A DNA stretch of 64,000 bases. Origin: Myxococcota bacterium (GTDB lineage: Bacteria > Myxococcota_A > UBA9160 > UBA6930). Under the pieces are notes generated by a model. That model saw only the letters and a list, made by a program, of their open reading frames with translations. It searched no databases and was not told the origin of the DNA. Each line of letters opens with the position of its first letter. The first letter of the stretch is position 1. The stretch covers positions 2,624,001 to 2,688,000 of the forward strand of contig OZ245002.1 in the NCBI GenBank assembly GCA_965223415.1, read 5' to 3'. A program made the position numbers and the translations under genes. Below, piece by piece: positions 19,100-28,654 of the stretch.

Positions 19100-20896
19100 A
19101 TGACCCAGCCCGAGAGCTCCGGATTCGACCCCGACGCCCTTCGCCGCAAGTACCGGGAGGAGCGCGACAAGCGCCTCCGCGAGGACGGTAACGAGCAGTA
19201 CATCGAGGTGAAGGGCCGGTTCGCCCACTTCCTCGACGATCCCTACGTGGATCCGGGCTTCACGCGGGAGCCGCTCACCGACGAGGTGGAGGTGGTCATC
19301 GTCGGCGGCGGCTTCGGCGGGCTCCTGGCCGGCGCGCGGCTGCGCCAGGCCGGAGTGGAGGACATCCGGATCATCGAACCGGCCGCCGACTTCGGCGGCA
19401 CCTGGTACTGGAACCGCTACCCCGGCATCGCCTGCGACATCGAGTCCTACACCTACCTGCCGCTGCTCGAAGAGGTCGGGTACATGCCGAAGGAGAAGTA
19501 CTCCTACGGCAAGGAGATCCTCGACCACAGCCAGGCCATCGCGCGGAAGTTCGACCTCTACCGGGACGTCTGCTTCCAGACCCGTGTCGACGCGCTGCGC
19601 TGGGACGAGGGCGAGGCGCGCTGGATCATCGAGACGAACCACGGCGACCGCATGCGGGCGCACTACGTGTGCCTCGCGACGGGCCCCTTGAACCGGCCGA
19701 AGCTGCCGGGCATCCAGGGCATCGAGGAGTTCGAGGGCCACACCTTCCACGCCAGCCGTTGGGACTACGGCTACACCGGCGGCAACTCCGAGGGCGGGCT
19801 CACCGGGCTCCAGGGCAAGCGGGTCGCCGTCATCGGCACCGGGGCCACGGCGGTGCAGTGCGTCCCCCACGTGGGCGAGTGGGCGGAGCGGCTCTACGTC
19901 TTCCAGCGCACGCCGTCCTCGATCGACGTGAAGGACAACCCGCCGACGGATCCCGAGTGGGCCGCGTCCCAGGAGTCGGGATGGCACCAGAAGCGGATGG
20001 ACAACTTCAACTGCCTCGTGTCCGGCGTGCCCCAGGAAGAGGACATGGTGAACGACGGCTGGACGGCGATCATCACCAAGCTGCTCGTGAACATGCGCCA
20101 GGGCCAGAGCTCGGACTTCTCGCCCGAGGGCATCGCCAAGGCCGTGGAGCTCGCCGACTTCGAGAAGATGGAGGAGATCCGCGCCCGGGTGGAAGCGGAG
20201 GTGAAGGACGAGGAGACGGCGGAGGCGCTGAAGCCCTACTACCGCCAGTTCTGCAAGCGCCCCTGCTTCCACAACGAGTACCTGGAGACCTTCAACCGCC
20301 CGAACGTCAGCCTGATCGACACCCACGGCCGGGGCGTCGAGCGCATCACCAAGAAGGGCGTCGTCGTCCATGGCGAGGAGTACGAAGTCGACTGCCTGAT
20401 CTTCGCGAGCGGCTTCGAGGTGGGCACCGACTACTGCCGCCGGGCCAGCATGCAGCTCTACGGCCGCGACGGCGTCAACCTCACCGACAAGTGGTCGGGC
20501 GGCATCCGCACCCTGCACGGGATGCACGTCCACGGCTTCCCCAACTGCTTCATCATGAGCAATCCCCAGGCCGGCTTCACGGCCAGCTACCCGCACATGC
20601 TGAACGAGCAGGCCAAGCACCTCTCCTACATCATCCGCAAGGGAATGGACGAGGGCGTGCGGGCGGTCGAGGCCACCGCCGAGGGGGAGCAGGCCTGGGT
20701 CGACCAGTGCCTGGCCAGGGCGCGGGACGCCGGCGACTTCTTCGAGAACTGTACGCCCGGCTACTACAACAACGAGGGCAAGACCAGCGAGCTGAGCGCC
20801 CAGAACGGCTTCTACGGCGGCGGCTCGGTGGAGTTCATCCAGATCCTCGAGGCGTGGCGCGCGGCCGACGCACTCGAGGGCTTGGAGCGCCGCTAG
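19100..20896 (+). CDS. Type I Baeyer-Villiger monooxygenase
   Basis: 'GGGFGG', 'GGTWYWNRYPG...D', fingerprint 'FEGHTFHASRW', 'IGTGATAVQ', 'CTPGYYNNEG'. Confidence 0.95.
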   Translation: MTQPESSGFDPDALRRKYREERDKRLREDGNEQYIEVKGRFAHFLDDPYVDPGFTREPLTDEVEVVIVGGGFGGLLAGARLRQAGVEDIRIIEPAADFGGTWYWNRYPGIACDIESYTYLPLLEEVGYMPKEKYSYGKEILDHSQAIARKFDLYRDVCFQTRVDALRWDEGEARWIIETNHGDRMRAHYVCLATGPLNRPKLPGIQGIEEFEGHTFHASRWDYGYTGGNSEGGLTGLQGKRVAVIGTGATAVQCVPHVGEWAERLYVFQRTPSSIDVKDNPPTDPEWAASQESGWHQKRMDNFNCLVSGVPQEEDMVNDGWTAIITKLLVNMRQGQSSDFSPEGIAKAVELADFEKMEEIRARVEAEVKDEETAEALKPYYRQFCKRPCFHNEYLETFNRPNVSLIDTHGRGVERITKKGVVVHGEEYEVDCLIFASGFEVGTDYCRRASMQLYGRDGVNLTDKWSGGIRTLHGMHVHGFPNCFIMSNPQAGFTASYPHMLNEQAKHLSYIIRKGMDEGVRAVEATAEGEQAWVDQCLARARDAGDFFENCTPGYYNNEGKTSELSAQNGFYGGGSVEFIQILEAWRAADALEGLERR

Positions 20897-20902
20897 GCGG
20901 TC

Positions 20903-21532
20903 ATGGCCCGCAGAGCGTCCGCTCCCGCCGTGGACGGACGAGTCGATCGCGCGCTGCGATCGCGGCTCGCCATCTGCGACGCCTGCCTGGACCTGGTCCA
21001 GGAGGGCGTCCTCCAGCCCAGCGCCGACCAGGTGGCCGAACGCGCGGGCCTCTCCCGACGGTCGATCTTCTACCACTTCACGGATCTCGCGGAGCTCTAC
21101 GACGCGGTGGTGGAGGCCGGGATGCAGCGCTGCGCGCCGCTCCTGGGGGAGATCCCGGTGGAGCTCCCGGTGGCGGAACGGGTGGCGCGGCTGGCCGAGG
21201 CGCGCTCCCGGTTCTTCGAGGCCACGCTTCCCTTCGCCCGGGCCCTCACCGCCCAGTCGTTGGTCGGCGCCGCTCGCGAGCAGGCGTGGCGGGTCTCGAA
21301 GGACGCGCTCCTGCGCCAGCGGGACGACATCGCCGCCCTGTTCGGGCGCGATCTCGCCCGGCTTCCGGCGGCGGAGCGGGCCACGACCCTCGAAGCCCTC
21401 GCGGCGGCGGCGAGCCCGTCCAGCTGGGAGCACCTGCGGCGCGGGCGAGACCTCTCGGTACCGCGGGCCCGCGCGGTCCTGGTCCGGACCTTGAGGTCCC
21501 TGCTGGAAGGCGCCGGCGTCAGGTTGGACTAG
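20903..21532 (+). CDS. TetR family regulator
   Basis: 'PSADQVAERAGLSRRSIFYHFTDL'. Confidence 0.88.
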   Translation: MARRASAPAVDGRVDRALRSRLAICDACLDLVQEGVLQPSADQVAERAGLSRRSIFYHFTDLAELYDAVVEAGMQRCAPLLGEIPVELPVAERVARLAEARSRFFEATLPFARALTAQSLVGAAREQAWRVSKDALLRQRDDIAALFGRDLARLPAAERATTLEALAAAASPSSWEHLRRGRDLSVPRARAVLVRTLRSLLEGAGVRLD

Positions 21533-21563
21533 CGACCAGAACCGGCTGGACCAACGCCAGGAG

Positions 21564-23642
21564 TCAGCTTCGCCCGCGCGAGCGCAGCGCCCGGCGCCGC
21601 ACCGCCCCGAGCAGCGGCACCAGCACCGCGAGCTCGGGACCGAGGCCGCAGCTCGGCGAGCTCGGCTTCTCCTTCGCGCTGGATGCGAAGACGCAGTTGG
21701 GGTCGGGCCCGCCGAAGCCGGCCCCGTCCCAGTCGGCCAGCCCGTCTCCGTCGTTGTCGAGGCCGTCGTCGCACTGGGGGTCCTCCCGGGAGGAGGACGC
21801 CTGGGCGCAGCCGAGATCCGCCAGGTCGACCAGGCCGTCGCCGTCGTTGTCGACGCCGTCGTTGCAGGCGGGCTCCTCGGAGAAATCGTCGGCGCCCTCG
21901 CAGCCGGCGTCCGCCAGGTCGACGGCCAGATCGCCATCGTTGTCGACGCCATCGCTGCAGTGGCTCTCGCAGGCTGGAACGCCCAGGACGAGATCGTCGA
22001 CCTGGACGTCGTAGTCGCCGGTCGCCGTGAGGAGCGCGTCGAAGACGAGCAGGGTGTAGGTGCCGCTCTGGGTCAGGCTCGCCGAGTCACAGATGCCCGT
22101 GCAGGGAGCAGTAGAGCCGTTCAGCTGGAGCTGGGTACCGCCCGGCTCGTAGAGGAGCGCCTGGGGCTGGGCGATCGAGCCGAGGGAGGGTGCGAGCGTC
22201 ACGCGGACCGTCTCTCCGGCGGAAGCGAGAAAGGTGAGGGGATCCGCGTCACCCTCGACGGCAAGGGTCCCGGTCGCGGGCGTTCCGCACGAGAGGAACG
22301 TCGTTCCGTCGCCGCTGTTGCAGTAGTTCGGCGCCCGACCGTTACCGCCGCCGCCGATTCCGCCGCTCAGGGACGCCAGGGAGAGGCTCGCGTCCCCGAT
22401 CGCGTCGTGGCCGTCCTCGAACAGCACGACCCGGTAGGCCCCGTCGGCAGGCAGCGGCTCCGAGGGGCAGACGCCGTAGCAGCCCCCGTACACGTCGCCC
22501 AGCGAGACGCGGGTGCCGTCGGGCGCGAAGAGCACCGCGTGGGGAAACGCGCCGCTGGCGTTGCGCACGGCCGACGTCACCCCGACGACGTCCCCTGCGC
22601 CGGCGTTGAACCGGTAGAGGCCGGTTTCGCCGAGGCTGGCGAAGGTCGGCAGCAGCGTCTCGCCGCAGGTGAGGGGCGAAGCGGTGCTCGTCGCGGGCAG
22701 TCGGGAGTAGGTGTAGACCTCGTTCGCGGTCCGGTCGGTCACGATCAACTCAACGCCGTCCGGGGTGAAATCGAGGCCGGACTGGTCCGTGGCGGGTGTC
22801 AGCACGAGACCGGTCATCACGACGCTGAGGACACCGGTCAGCGGGTCGACCCGCACCACCTCGTCGTTGCCCGTGTCCATGACGAGGATCTCGGCACTGC
22901 GTGGATCCTCGACGACGGACATGGGGGCGGCGATCGGCGGCGTGGTGACGATCGGGGTCACGCTGCCGTCGCTCTCGACCCGCAGCACGGCGCCGCCGAT
23001 CTGGTCGGCGACGTAGACGTCGGCGGCGCCGATCGTCACGTCGACCGGCTTCTGAAGGCTGCCGTCGTCGGCGTGCACGACGGTCTCGCCCTCGGCGACG
23101 GCCGCGTCGAAGCGCCAGATCTCCTTGGGGCCGTTGGTGCCCTCGTCGGCCATCAGCCCTTCGCGGGGCAAGAGCAGCGGACCGCTGTGATGGGCCGGCG
23201 CGATGTCGATACCCATCGGATCGTCGTCGCCGCTGTGGAAGCCCGAGACCCAGGTCTGGCGGCCGGTCGCTCCGAAGGCGGTTCGGAAGATGAGCCCGCT
23301 CTGCGTCTCCGAGTGGAAGATGGCGCCGTCGAAGGGATCGATGGCGACTCCGGTCGGGCGATAGGCGGTGGAGATCAGGGTTGCGGAGCCGTTCTCCTCG
23401 ATCCGGTAGAGGCCCCCGCCCAGCGTGTCGGGCTTGAGGCGGACGAGGTAGAGGCGACCGTCGAAGGGGTGGAAGCGCGCCGCCTGGGCGTCGCTGAACG
23501 AGTCGGTGCGGGCCAGGCTCCAGCCGGCCTCGACCAACGCGGGGGTGGCCATCGCCGGGGCGGACAGCAGTGCCGTCAGGAGGACACCGGTGAGCGTGCT
23601 CCGGATGCCCGTGGATCGGCTGCGGTGAGAGCTCGCGGTCAT
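21564..23642 (-). CDS. Secreted surface protein: beta-propeller, two PPC-like domains, Ca-binding repeats, C-terminal membrane anchor
   Basis: Signal peptide; NHL/SMP30-like blades; 'YRFNAGAGDVV' and 'LTFLASAGETVRV'; CxDGxDNDGD repeats; tail 'CGLGPELAVLVPLLGAVRRR'. Confidence 0.8.
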   Translation of the reverse strand: MTASSHRSRSTGIRSTLTGVLLTALLSAPAMATPALVEAGWSLARTDSFSDAQAARFHPFDGRLYLVRLKPDTLGGGLYRIEENGSATLISTAYRPTGVAIDPFDGAIFHSETQSGLIFRTAFGATGRQTWVSGFHSGDDDPMGIDIAPAHHSGPLLLPREGLMADEGTNGPKEIWRFDAAVAEGETVVHADDGSLQKPVDVTIGAADVYVADQIGGAVLRVESDGSVTPIVTTPPIAAPMSVVEDPRSAEILVMDTGNDEVVRVDPLTGVLSVVMTGLVLTPATDQSGLDFTPDGVELIVTDRTANEVYTYSRLPATSTASPLTCGETLLPTFASLGETGLYRFNAGAGDVVGVTSAVRNASGAFPHAVLFAPDGTRVSLGDVYGGCYGVCPSEPLPADGAYRVVLFEDGHDAIGDASLSLASLSGGIGGGGNGRAPNYCNSGDGTTFLSCGTPATGTLAVEGDADPLTFLASAGETVRVTLAPSLGSIAQPQALLYEPGGTQLQLNGSTAPCTGICDSASLTQSGTYTLLVFDALLTATGDYDVQVDDLVLGVPACESHCSDGVDNDGDLAVDLADAGCEGADDFSEEPACNDGVDNDGDGLVDLADLGCAQASSSREDPQCDDGLDNDGDGLADWDGAGFGGPDPNCVFASSAKEKPSSPSCGLGPELAVLVPLLGAVRRRALRSRGRS
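21693..21959 (-). repeat. Three intragenic Cys/Asp-rich repeats (CxDGxDNDGDxxxD)
   Basis: CSDGVDNDGDLAVDLAD / CNDGVDNDGDGLVDLAD / CDDGLDNDGDGLADWD. Confidence 0.85.
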
Positions 23643-23757
23643 GGGGGAGCGGGGAATTGTACCAATGGTCGTGGGGAATGGGGCCCCCTAAACCCTCGCC
23701 AGAGTTGCGTATTCCTGATCTCCAATTGAGTTGAAACATATGAATTATTTTTCTAAG

Positions 23758-23774
23758 ATGATTGTTCGAATCAT
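23758..23774. promoter_or_regulatory. Inverted repeat within an AT-rich divergent promoter region, candidate TetR operator
   Basis: ATGATT-GTTCG-AATCAT immediately before the RBS of the sulfatase-tetR operon. Confidence 0.5.
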
Positions 23775-23788
23775 GAAGGAGACCTCCG

Positions 23789-25210
23789 ATGTCCATTCGC
23801 GCGCTGCTGATCGTTCTGGGCCTGCTGCTGGCCGGCGGGGTGACGGTGCTGCTCACCTCCGAGCGCGCCCAGAAGGCCGCCAGCTTGCGAGCGGCCGAAG
23901 CCATCGGCGACGTGGCGGCCGGCCGGCTCGCCGAGGCGACCGCCGGCGAGGGCGAAGGCCAGCACGAGCGCTCCGCCGACCTGATCAACGTCCCGATCGA
24001 GGTCGTGAAGCTGAACGACTTCGTCTACCAGGCCCGCGGCGTCGGCAACACGCACCTGATCACGACGAGCGAGGGCCACGTGGTCTTCGACAACGGCCTC
24101 GTCCTCCAGGCCGCGAAGCAGAAGCGGCTGCTCGACGAGGCGGCGCCGGAGGCGCCGATCACCCACGTCGTCCTGAGCCACTCCCACCAGGATCACGTGG
24201 GCGGCACGAGCTTCTGGACCGAGGAGGGCACGGAGATCGTCGCCCACTTCGAGTTCCCGGAGGAGCAGCGCTACCTGAAGGAGCTCGGCCCCTACCTCCA
24301 TGCCCGCAACCGCACCCTCTTCCCCTGGCTCCCGGAGGAGCTTCCGAGCCTGGGCCCGCTCGACTACGGCCACATCGTGCCCACCACCCTGGTGCGCGAC
24401 GGCGAGCCCCTGCGCTTCGAGCAGGGCGGCGTGCGCTTCGAGGTGCTGCCGACGCCAGGGGCCGAGGGCGCCGACAACCTCTGCCTGTGGCTGCCGGACC
24501 AGAAGATCCTCTTCAGCGGCGACTTCTTCGGCCCGCTCTTCCCGCAGTTCCCCAACGTCTTCACCATGCGGGGCGAGAAGGTCCGCAAGCCCGTCGAGTA
24601 CATCGAGTCCCTCGAACGCCTGATCGCCCTCGAGCCCGAGATGATCGTGCCGAGCCACGACGCGCCGATCTCCGGCAAGGAGAGGATCCGCGCCGACATG
24701 GTCCGCATGCGCGACGCCGTCCGCTTCGTGCACGACGCCACCGTCGCCGGCATGAACGCCGGCAAGACGGTTCACGAGCTGATGGACGAGATCGTTCTGC
24801 CGCCGGAGCTCGAGCTGCGCCAGGTGCACGGGCGCGTCTCCTGGGCGGTGCGAAGCATCTGGGAGTACTACGCCACCTGGTTCCACTTCGACACGACCAC
24901 CGAGCTCTACCCGGTGCCGGACACGGCGGTGTTCGCCGATCTCGCCGAGCTGGCCGGTGCCGACGCGGTCGTCGAGCGAGCGCAGCGCTACGTGGCGTCG
25001 AGCCAGCCCGTATTCGCGCTGCACCTGCTGGACGTCGTGCTCGGCGCCGAGCCCGACCACCGGGGCGGGCTCGAGACCCGCAAGGAGGCTCTCGAGCTGC
25101 TGCTCCGGGAGGCCGAGGCGGGGCTTCGCAACTCCTACGAGATCGACTTCCTGAAATCGCGGCTGCGCGCGACGGAAGAGCGCCTCGGTCCCTCCGGAGG
25201 CCCGGCGTGA
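23789..25210 (+). CDS. Alkyl/aryl-sulfatase (SdsA/BDS1-like metallo-beta-lactamase fold with dimerisation domain)
   Basis: 'SHSHQDHVGG', 'PGAEG', 'FPNVFTMRGEKVR', 'PSH', 'HGRVSWAVRSIWEYY..WF'. Confidence 0.88.
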   Translation: MSIRALLIVLGLLLAGGVTVLLTSERAQKAASLRAAEAIGDVAAGRLAEATAGEGEGQHERSADLINVPIEVVKLNDFVYQARGVGNTHLITTSEGHVVFDNGLVLQAAKQKRLLDEAAPEAPITHVVLSHSHQDHVGGTSFWTEEGTEIVAHFEFPEEQRYLKELGPYLHARNRTLFPWLPEELPSLGPLDYGHIVPTTLVRDGEPLRFEQGGVRFEVLPTPGAEGADNLCLWLPDQKILFSGDFFGPLFPQFPNVFTMRGEKVRKPVEYIESLERLIALEPEMIVPSHDAPISGKERIRADMVRMRDAVRFVHDATVAGMNAGKTVHELMDEIVLPPELELRQVHGRVSWAVRSIWEYYATWFHFDTTTELYPVPDTAVFADLAELAGADAVVERAQRYVASSQPVFALHLLDVVLGAEPDHRGGLETRKEALELLLREAEAGLRNSYEIDFLKSRLRATEERLGPSGGPA

Positions 25211-25836
25211 GCGCCAGCACCCGCGGCACCGCCACCCGCGAGCGCATCATGCGCCGGGCCGAGCAGCTCTTCGCGCAGCGCGGCGCCTCCGGCGTGACGC
25301 TGCGCGAGATCGCCCGGGCCGCGGGCCAGCGCAACGTCGCCGCCGTGCAGTACCACTTCGGCGGCAAGCAGGAGCTGCTGGGCGCGATCCTCTCCGGCCA
25401 CCTGGAGGCCATCGACCAGCGGCGCCGGGAGCTCCTCGACGCGGACGAGCAGGCCGGTCGCCTGGAGGACGAGGACGCGCTCCTCTCGGTGCTGGTCGAT
25501 CCCCTGGCGGAGAAGCTCGACGACGCCAGCGGGCGCGCCTATCTCCAGATCCAGGCGCGCCGCCCCGCCGCCGATCCCATGCGGCCCGCAACACACACCA
25601 TGGCCGGCCGGCTGGCTCGCGCCTTCGGGACGACCGACGGCGAGCCCCTGCTCGACCGCTTCGCCGTGCTCCTGCTCTTCGGTGCCCTCGCCGACCGGGC
25701 GCGCCAGGAGGAGCGGGGCGAGGCGCGGCCGGGGGAGCGCGCCCGCTTCGTCTCGGCCCTGAAGGCCGCGATTCGGGGCATCTACGTCGAGGGCCGCTCG
25801 CAGGGCGAAGCGGGCGAGGAGCGACTCGCCGGATAG
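25207..25836 (+). CDS. TetR family regulator
   Basis: GTGA overlap with the upstream stop; 'LREIARAAGQRNVAAVQYHFGGK'. Confidence 0.9.
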   Translation: MSASTRGTATRERIMRRAEQLFAQRGASGVTLREIARAAGQRNVAAVQYHFGGKQELLGAILSGHLEAIDQRRRELLDADEQAGRLEDEDALLSVLVDPLAEKLDDASGRAYLQIQARRPAADPMRPATHTMAGRLARAFGTTDGEPLLDRFAVLLLFGALADRARQEERGEARPGERARFVSALKAAIRGIYVEGRSQGEAGEERLAG

Positions 25837-25873
25837 CGGCGGCCCCCCAGGCGGGGCTCGCTACCGTCCCCGC

Positions 25874-26338
25874 ATGACCGGACGAACTCGAGTGGGCTGG
25901 CTCCCGCCGGCCGCCCTCGCCGCCCTTCTCCTTCCGCTGCTCGGCGCCGCCGGCGATCCCTTCGGCGCGGCGCTCACCCTCGAGCGCACGACGCCGCTCG
26001 CGAAGGTGATCGCCGCTCCCGAGCGCTACGCCGAAGAGCCCGTCCTGCTGCGCGGCCGGCTCACCGAGCTCTGCCAGAAGAAGGGCTGCTGGACCGTGCT
26101 GAAGGACGGCGACGCCGTCGTGCGGGTCCGCTTCCAGGACTACGGCTTCTTCCTCCCGAAGGACGCCCTCGGCAGGACGGCCCTGGTCCAGGGCGTGGCC
26201 GACGTCCGCATCCTCTCGGAGCGCGAGGCCCGGCACCTGGCCGCCGAGTCCGCCGGCACGGACCCGGACGACGTCACCGGCCCGGTCCGCGAGGTCGGCT
26301 TCGTGGCGAGCGGCGTCCTGCTGCTCCCGGCCGAGTGA
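25874..26338 (+). CDS. DUF4920-like secreted protein
   Basis: 'CQKKGCW', 'VRFQDYGFFLPKD', 'FVASGV'. Confidence 0.85.
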   Translation: MTGRTRVGWLPPAALAALLLPLLGAAGDPFGAALTLERTTPLAKVIAAPERYAEEPVLLRGRLTELCQKKGCWTVLKDGDAVVRVRFQDYGFFLPKDALGRTALVQGVADVRILSEREARHLAAESAGTDPDDVTGPVREVGFVASGVLLLPAE

Positions 26339-26348
26339 AGGAGAGCCC

Positions 26349-26801
26349 ATGGGCCTGGTCGAAGATGTCTCCGAGGGCATGAAGGCCGCGATGAAGGCGA
26401 GGCAGCCGGAACGGGTCGCCGCCCTGCGCGGCATCCGCGCCGCCTTCCTGAACGAGATGAAGAAGGACGGCGCCGAGACCCTGGCCGAAGACGTCTGCAT
26501 CGGCGTCCTGCGCCGGCTCGAGAAGCAGCGCAAGGAGAGCATCGAGGCCTTCGAGCAGGCGGCCCGCGCCGACCGCGCCGAGGCCGAGCGTGCCGAGCTC
26601 GCCGTGGTGCAGGAATTCCTGCCGAGCCTCGCCGACGGGGCGACCACCCGGGCCTGGGTCCAGGCCGCCATCGACGAGAGCGGCGCCGGCGGCCCCAAGG
26701 AGATGGGCAAGGTGATGGGCGCCTTGATGAAGGCCCACAAGGGCGAGGTGGACGGCGGCCTGGCCCAGAAGATCGCGAAGGAGCTGCTGGGAGCGGGCTG
26801 A
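26349..26801 (+). CDS. GatB/YqeY domain protein
   Basis: 'MKAAMKA', 'KQRKESIEAF', 'KEMGKVMG', 'VDG'. Confidence 0.93.
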   Translation: MGLVEDVSEGMKAAMKARQPERVAALRGIRAAFLNEMKKDGAETLAEDVCIGVLRRLEKQRKESIEAFEQAARADRAEAERAELAVVQEFLPSLADGATTRAWVQAAIDESGAGGPKEMGKVMGALMKAHKGEVDGGLAQKIAKELLGAG

Positions 26802-26892
26802 GGCGCCCCCGAGGGAAATCGAACTCTGTTTGCCACGTGACCCCCGAAGGGGCCACTTCCTGGGGAGAACCTCGTTCCAGGAGAGCCCCGCC

Positions 26893-27402
26893 ATGACGCT
26901 CCGACTCCTCCAGCTGACGCTGATCTCCGCCGTCGCACTCGGCCTCGCGATCCCGGCCCTGGCCGGTGGTCCGCTCGAACCGCCCGATGGCGTGGGCAAC
27001 CCCAGCAGCGCGAACTACACGGGCTACGCGATTCACGGCTTCGTGTTCGGCGCCAAGGACACGGTCAACCAGCGCACCGAATTCCGCTGCTTCAACTTCG
27101 GAGGCGCGGACGCGACGGACGTCGCGGTGCAGTTCTACAGCGACGCCGTGGGAGTCACCGCACCCTCCGCGGATATGCGACTTGGCAGCCTGCCGATCGC
27201 CGACTTCGACCCCGGACTCTCCGACAGTGCCTCTGGAACGGTGCCCACCTTCGCGATGGCCCGGATTATCGTCCTGGATCTGGTCCGGAAGCGGAACCCC
27301 GCTCTCACTTGCAAGGCCTATATCGTGGACAAGGCGACCAACGACTTCATTGCGGAGCTCGACGTGGTTCCCGCACCCCGGAAGAAGAAGAAGAAGAAGT
27401 AG
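26893..27402 (+). CDS. Secreted hypothetical protein with C-terminal poly-Lys tail
   Basis: Signal peptide MTLRLLQLTLISAVALGLAIPALA; two Cys; ends RKKKKKK. Confidence 0.7.
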   Translation: MTLRLLQLTLISAVALGLAIPALAGGPLEPPDGVGNPSSANYTGYAIHGFVFGAKDTVNQRTEFRCFNFGGADATDVAVQFYSDAVGVTAPSADMRLGSLPIADFDPGLSDSASGTVPTFAMARIIVLDLVRKRNPALTCKAYIVDKATNDFIAELDVVPAPRKKKKKK

Positions 27403-27414
27403 TCGCCGTCGCCC

Positions 27415-28614
27415 TCAGCGCCGCGCCGCCACCTTCGCCATGTGCTCGACCTGGCCGTCCTCGGCGCCGAGCAGCACATCGTTGTAGTGCCGCTGTCCGT
27501 CGTGGGGGCGGAAGCCCGGCGGCGCGAAGCCGATCAGCACGCTCATGCGGAACGGGCCGGTGCGACGAGTGGGCGGCGGCGCCGCGTGCATGCCGTCGCC
27601 GTAGTGGATCGAGACGTCGCCAGGCTCGGCGGCCACCGCCACGCCGCTGGGCGCGGAGGCGTCCGTGGCCTCGGCGAAGCCGAAGGCGCATTTCCAGGAG
27701 CCGGGCAGGAAGCGCAGCTCGCCCTGCTCCGGGGTCGCGGCCTCCAGGAAGATCGACATCACCATCGAGGGGCACATCACCGCGTGGCCACCCATCCCGC
27801 AATCGCGGTGCCAGGGCAGGTCCGAGAGGCCCTCGGTCATGTCCGGGTTCTTCCACAGCACGGTGACGCCGTCGTTGCGGTCCGGGGCGCGGGCGGCGAG
27901 ATCGCGGCGTGAGAGGGCGGCGATGCGCTTCACCCGGGGATCGTCGTGGAGGCGGCGGAACACGGGCAGGGTGCCCGCGTTCAGCACCCGACACAGAACG
28001 GCGTCGTCTTCGGCGTTGCGGCCCCACCAGGATTGCTGGTCGCCCTCCCGGGCACGGCCGCGCAGCAGGCCCGCGCCTTTCCGCATGGCGGCGACCTCGT
28101 CCGCAGCGAAGACGCCCTTGACCAGCAGGTAGCCCGCGGTCTCGAGGAAGGCGTGCATCTCGTCCTCGTCGTCCTCGAGCCGGAAGCTCCGCGCCGGGTC
28201 GAGCTTGCGGCCGGTCGGGTCGCGCAGGTCCGGGTGCTCCGGGTCGTAGACGGGAATGCCGCGGTAGAGCGCGCGGAGGGCGGGCTCCCAGCTGACGAAG
28301 CGCATGAGATCGCCGCGTTCACTGCTCGCCCGGCCCCCGTAGATGAGGCCGGGGACGGAATCGAGGTCGTGCACCAGCCCCTGCCAGCTCTCGTCGGCGA
28401 GGGCCACCACCGTGTCCGCTCCGTCACAGCCCGGTGTGACGTCGATCCCGGCGTCGCGGGCGTGGTAGGTGAAGGCGCGGCCATCGGGCAGACGGAACGC
28501 GAGGGCGCCCTGGGGGCGAGCCGCGGCGGCCATGGCGCCGAAGCGCGCGAGCCGATCCGGCAGCTCCTCGCGGTGGTAGCGATCGAAGTCGACGGCGGGA
28601 AAGCCTTCGGTCAT
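27415..28614 (-). CDS. Phytanoyl-CoA dioxygenase (PhyH)-like protein with SCP2-like N-terminal domain
   Basis: 'GYLLVKGVFAADEV', 'WHRD', 'GELRFLPGSW', 'PGDVSIH...MHAAPP'. Confidence 0.8.
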   Translation of the reverse strand: MTEGFPAVDFDRYHREELPDRLARFGAMAAAARPQGALAFRLPDGRAFTYHARDAGIDVTPGCDGADTVVALADESWQGLVHDLDSVPGLIYGGRASSERGDLMRFVSWEPALRALYRGIPVYDPEHPDLRDPTGRKLDPARSFRLEDDEDEMHAFLETAGYLLVKGVFAADEVAAMRKGAGLLRGRAREGDQQSWWGRNAEDDAVLCRVLNAGTLPVFRRLHDDPRVKRIAALSRRDLAARAPDRNDGVTVLWKNPDMTEGLSDLPWHRDCGMGGHAVMCPSMVMSIFLEAATPEQGELRFLPGSWKCAFGFAEATDASAPSGVAVAAEPGDVSIHYGDGMHAAPPPTRRTGPFRMSVLIGFAPPGFRPHDGQRHYNDVLLGAEDGQVEHMAKVAARR

Positions 28615-28654
28615 GGCGTGCGCTCCTCGTCTACGGAGGATACACCGCGGGGGG

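Noticed and set aside
21693..21959. DNA tandem repeats as a non-coding array
   Set aside because: Explained by in-frame Ca-binding protein repeats
26802..26892. Possible riboswitch in a structured leader
   Set aside because: Hairpins are present but I recognise no aptamer consensus; an Rfam/Infernal search would be needed
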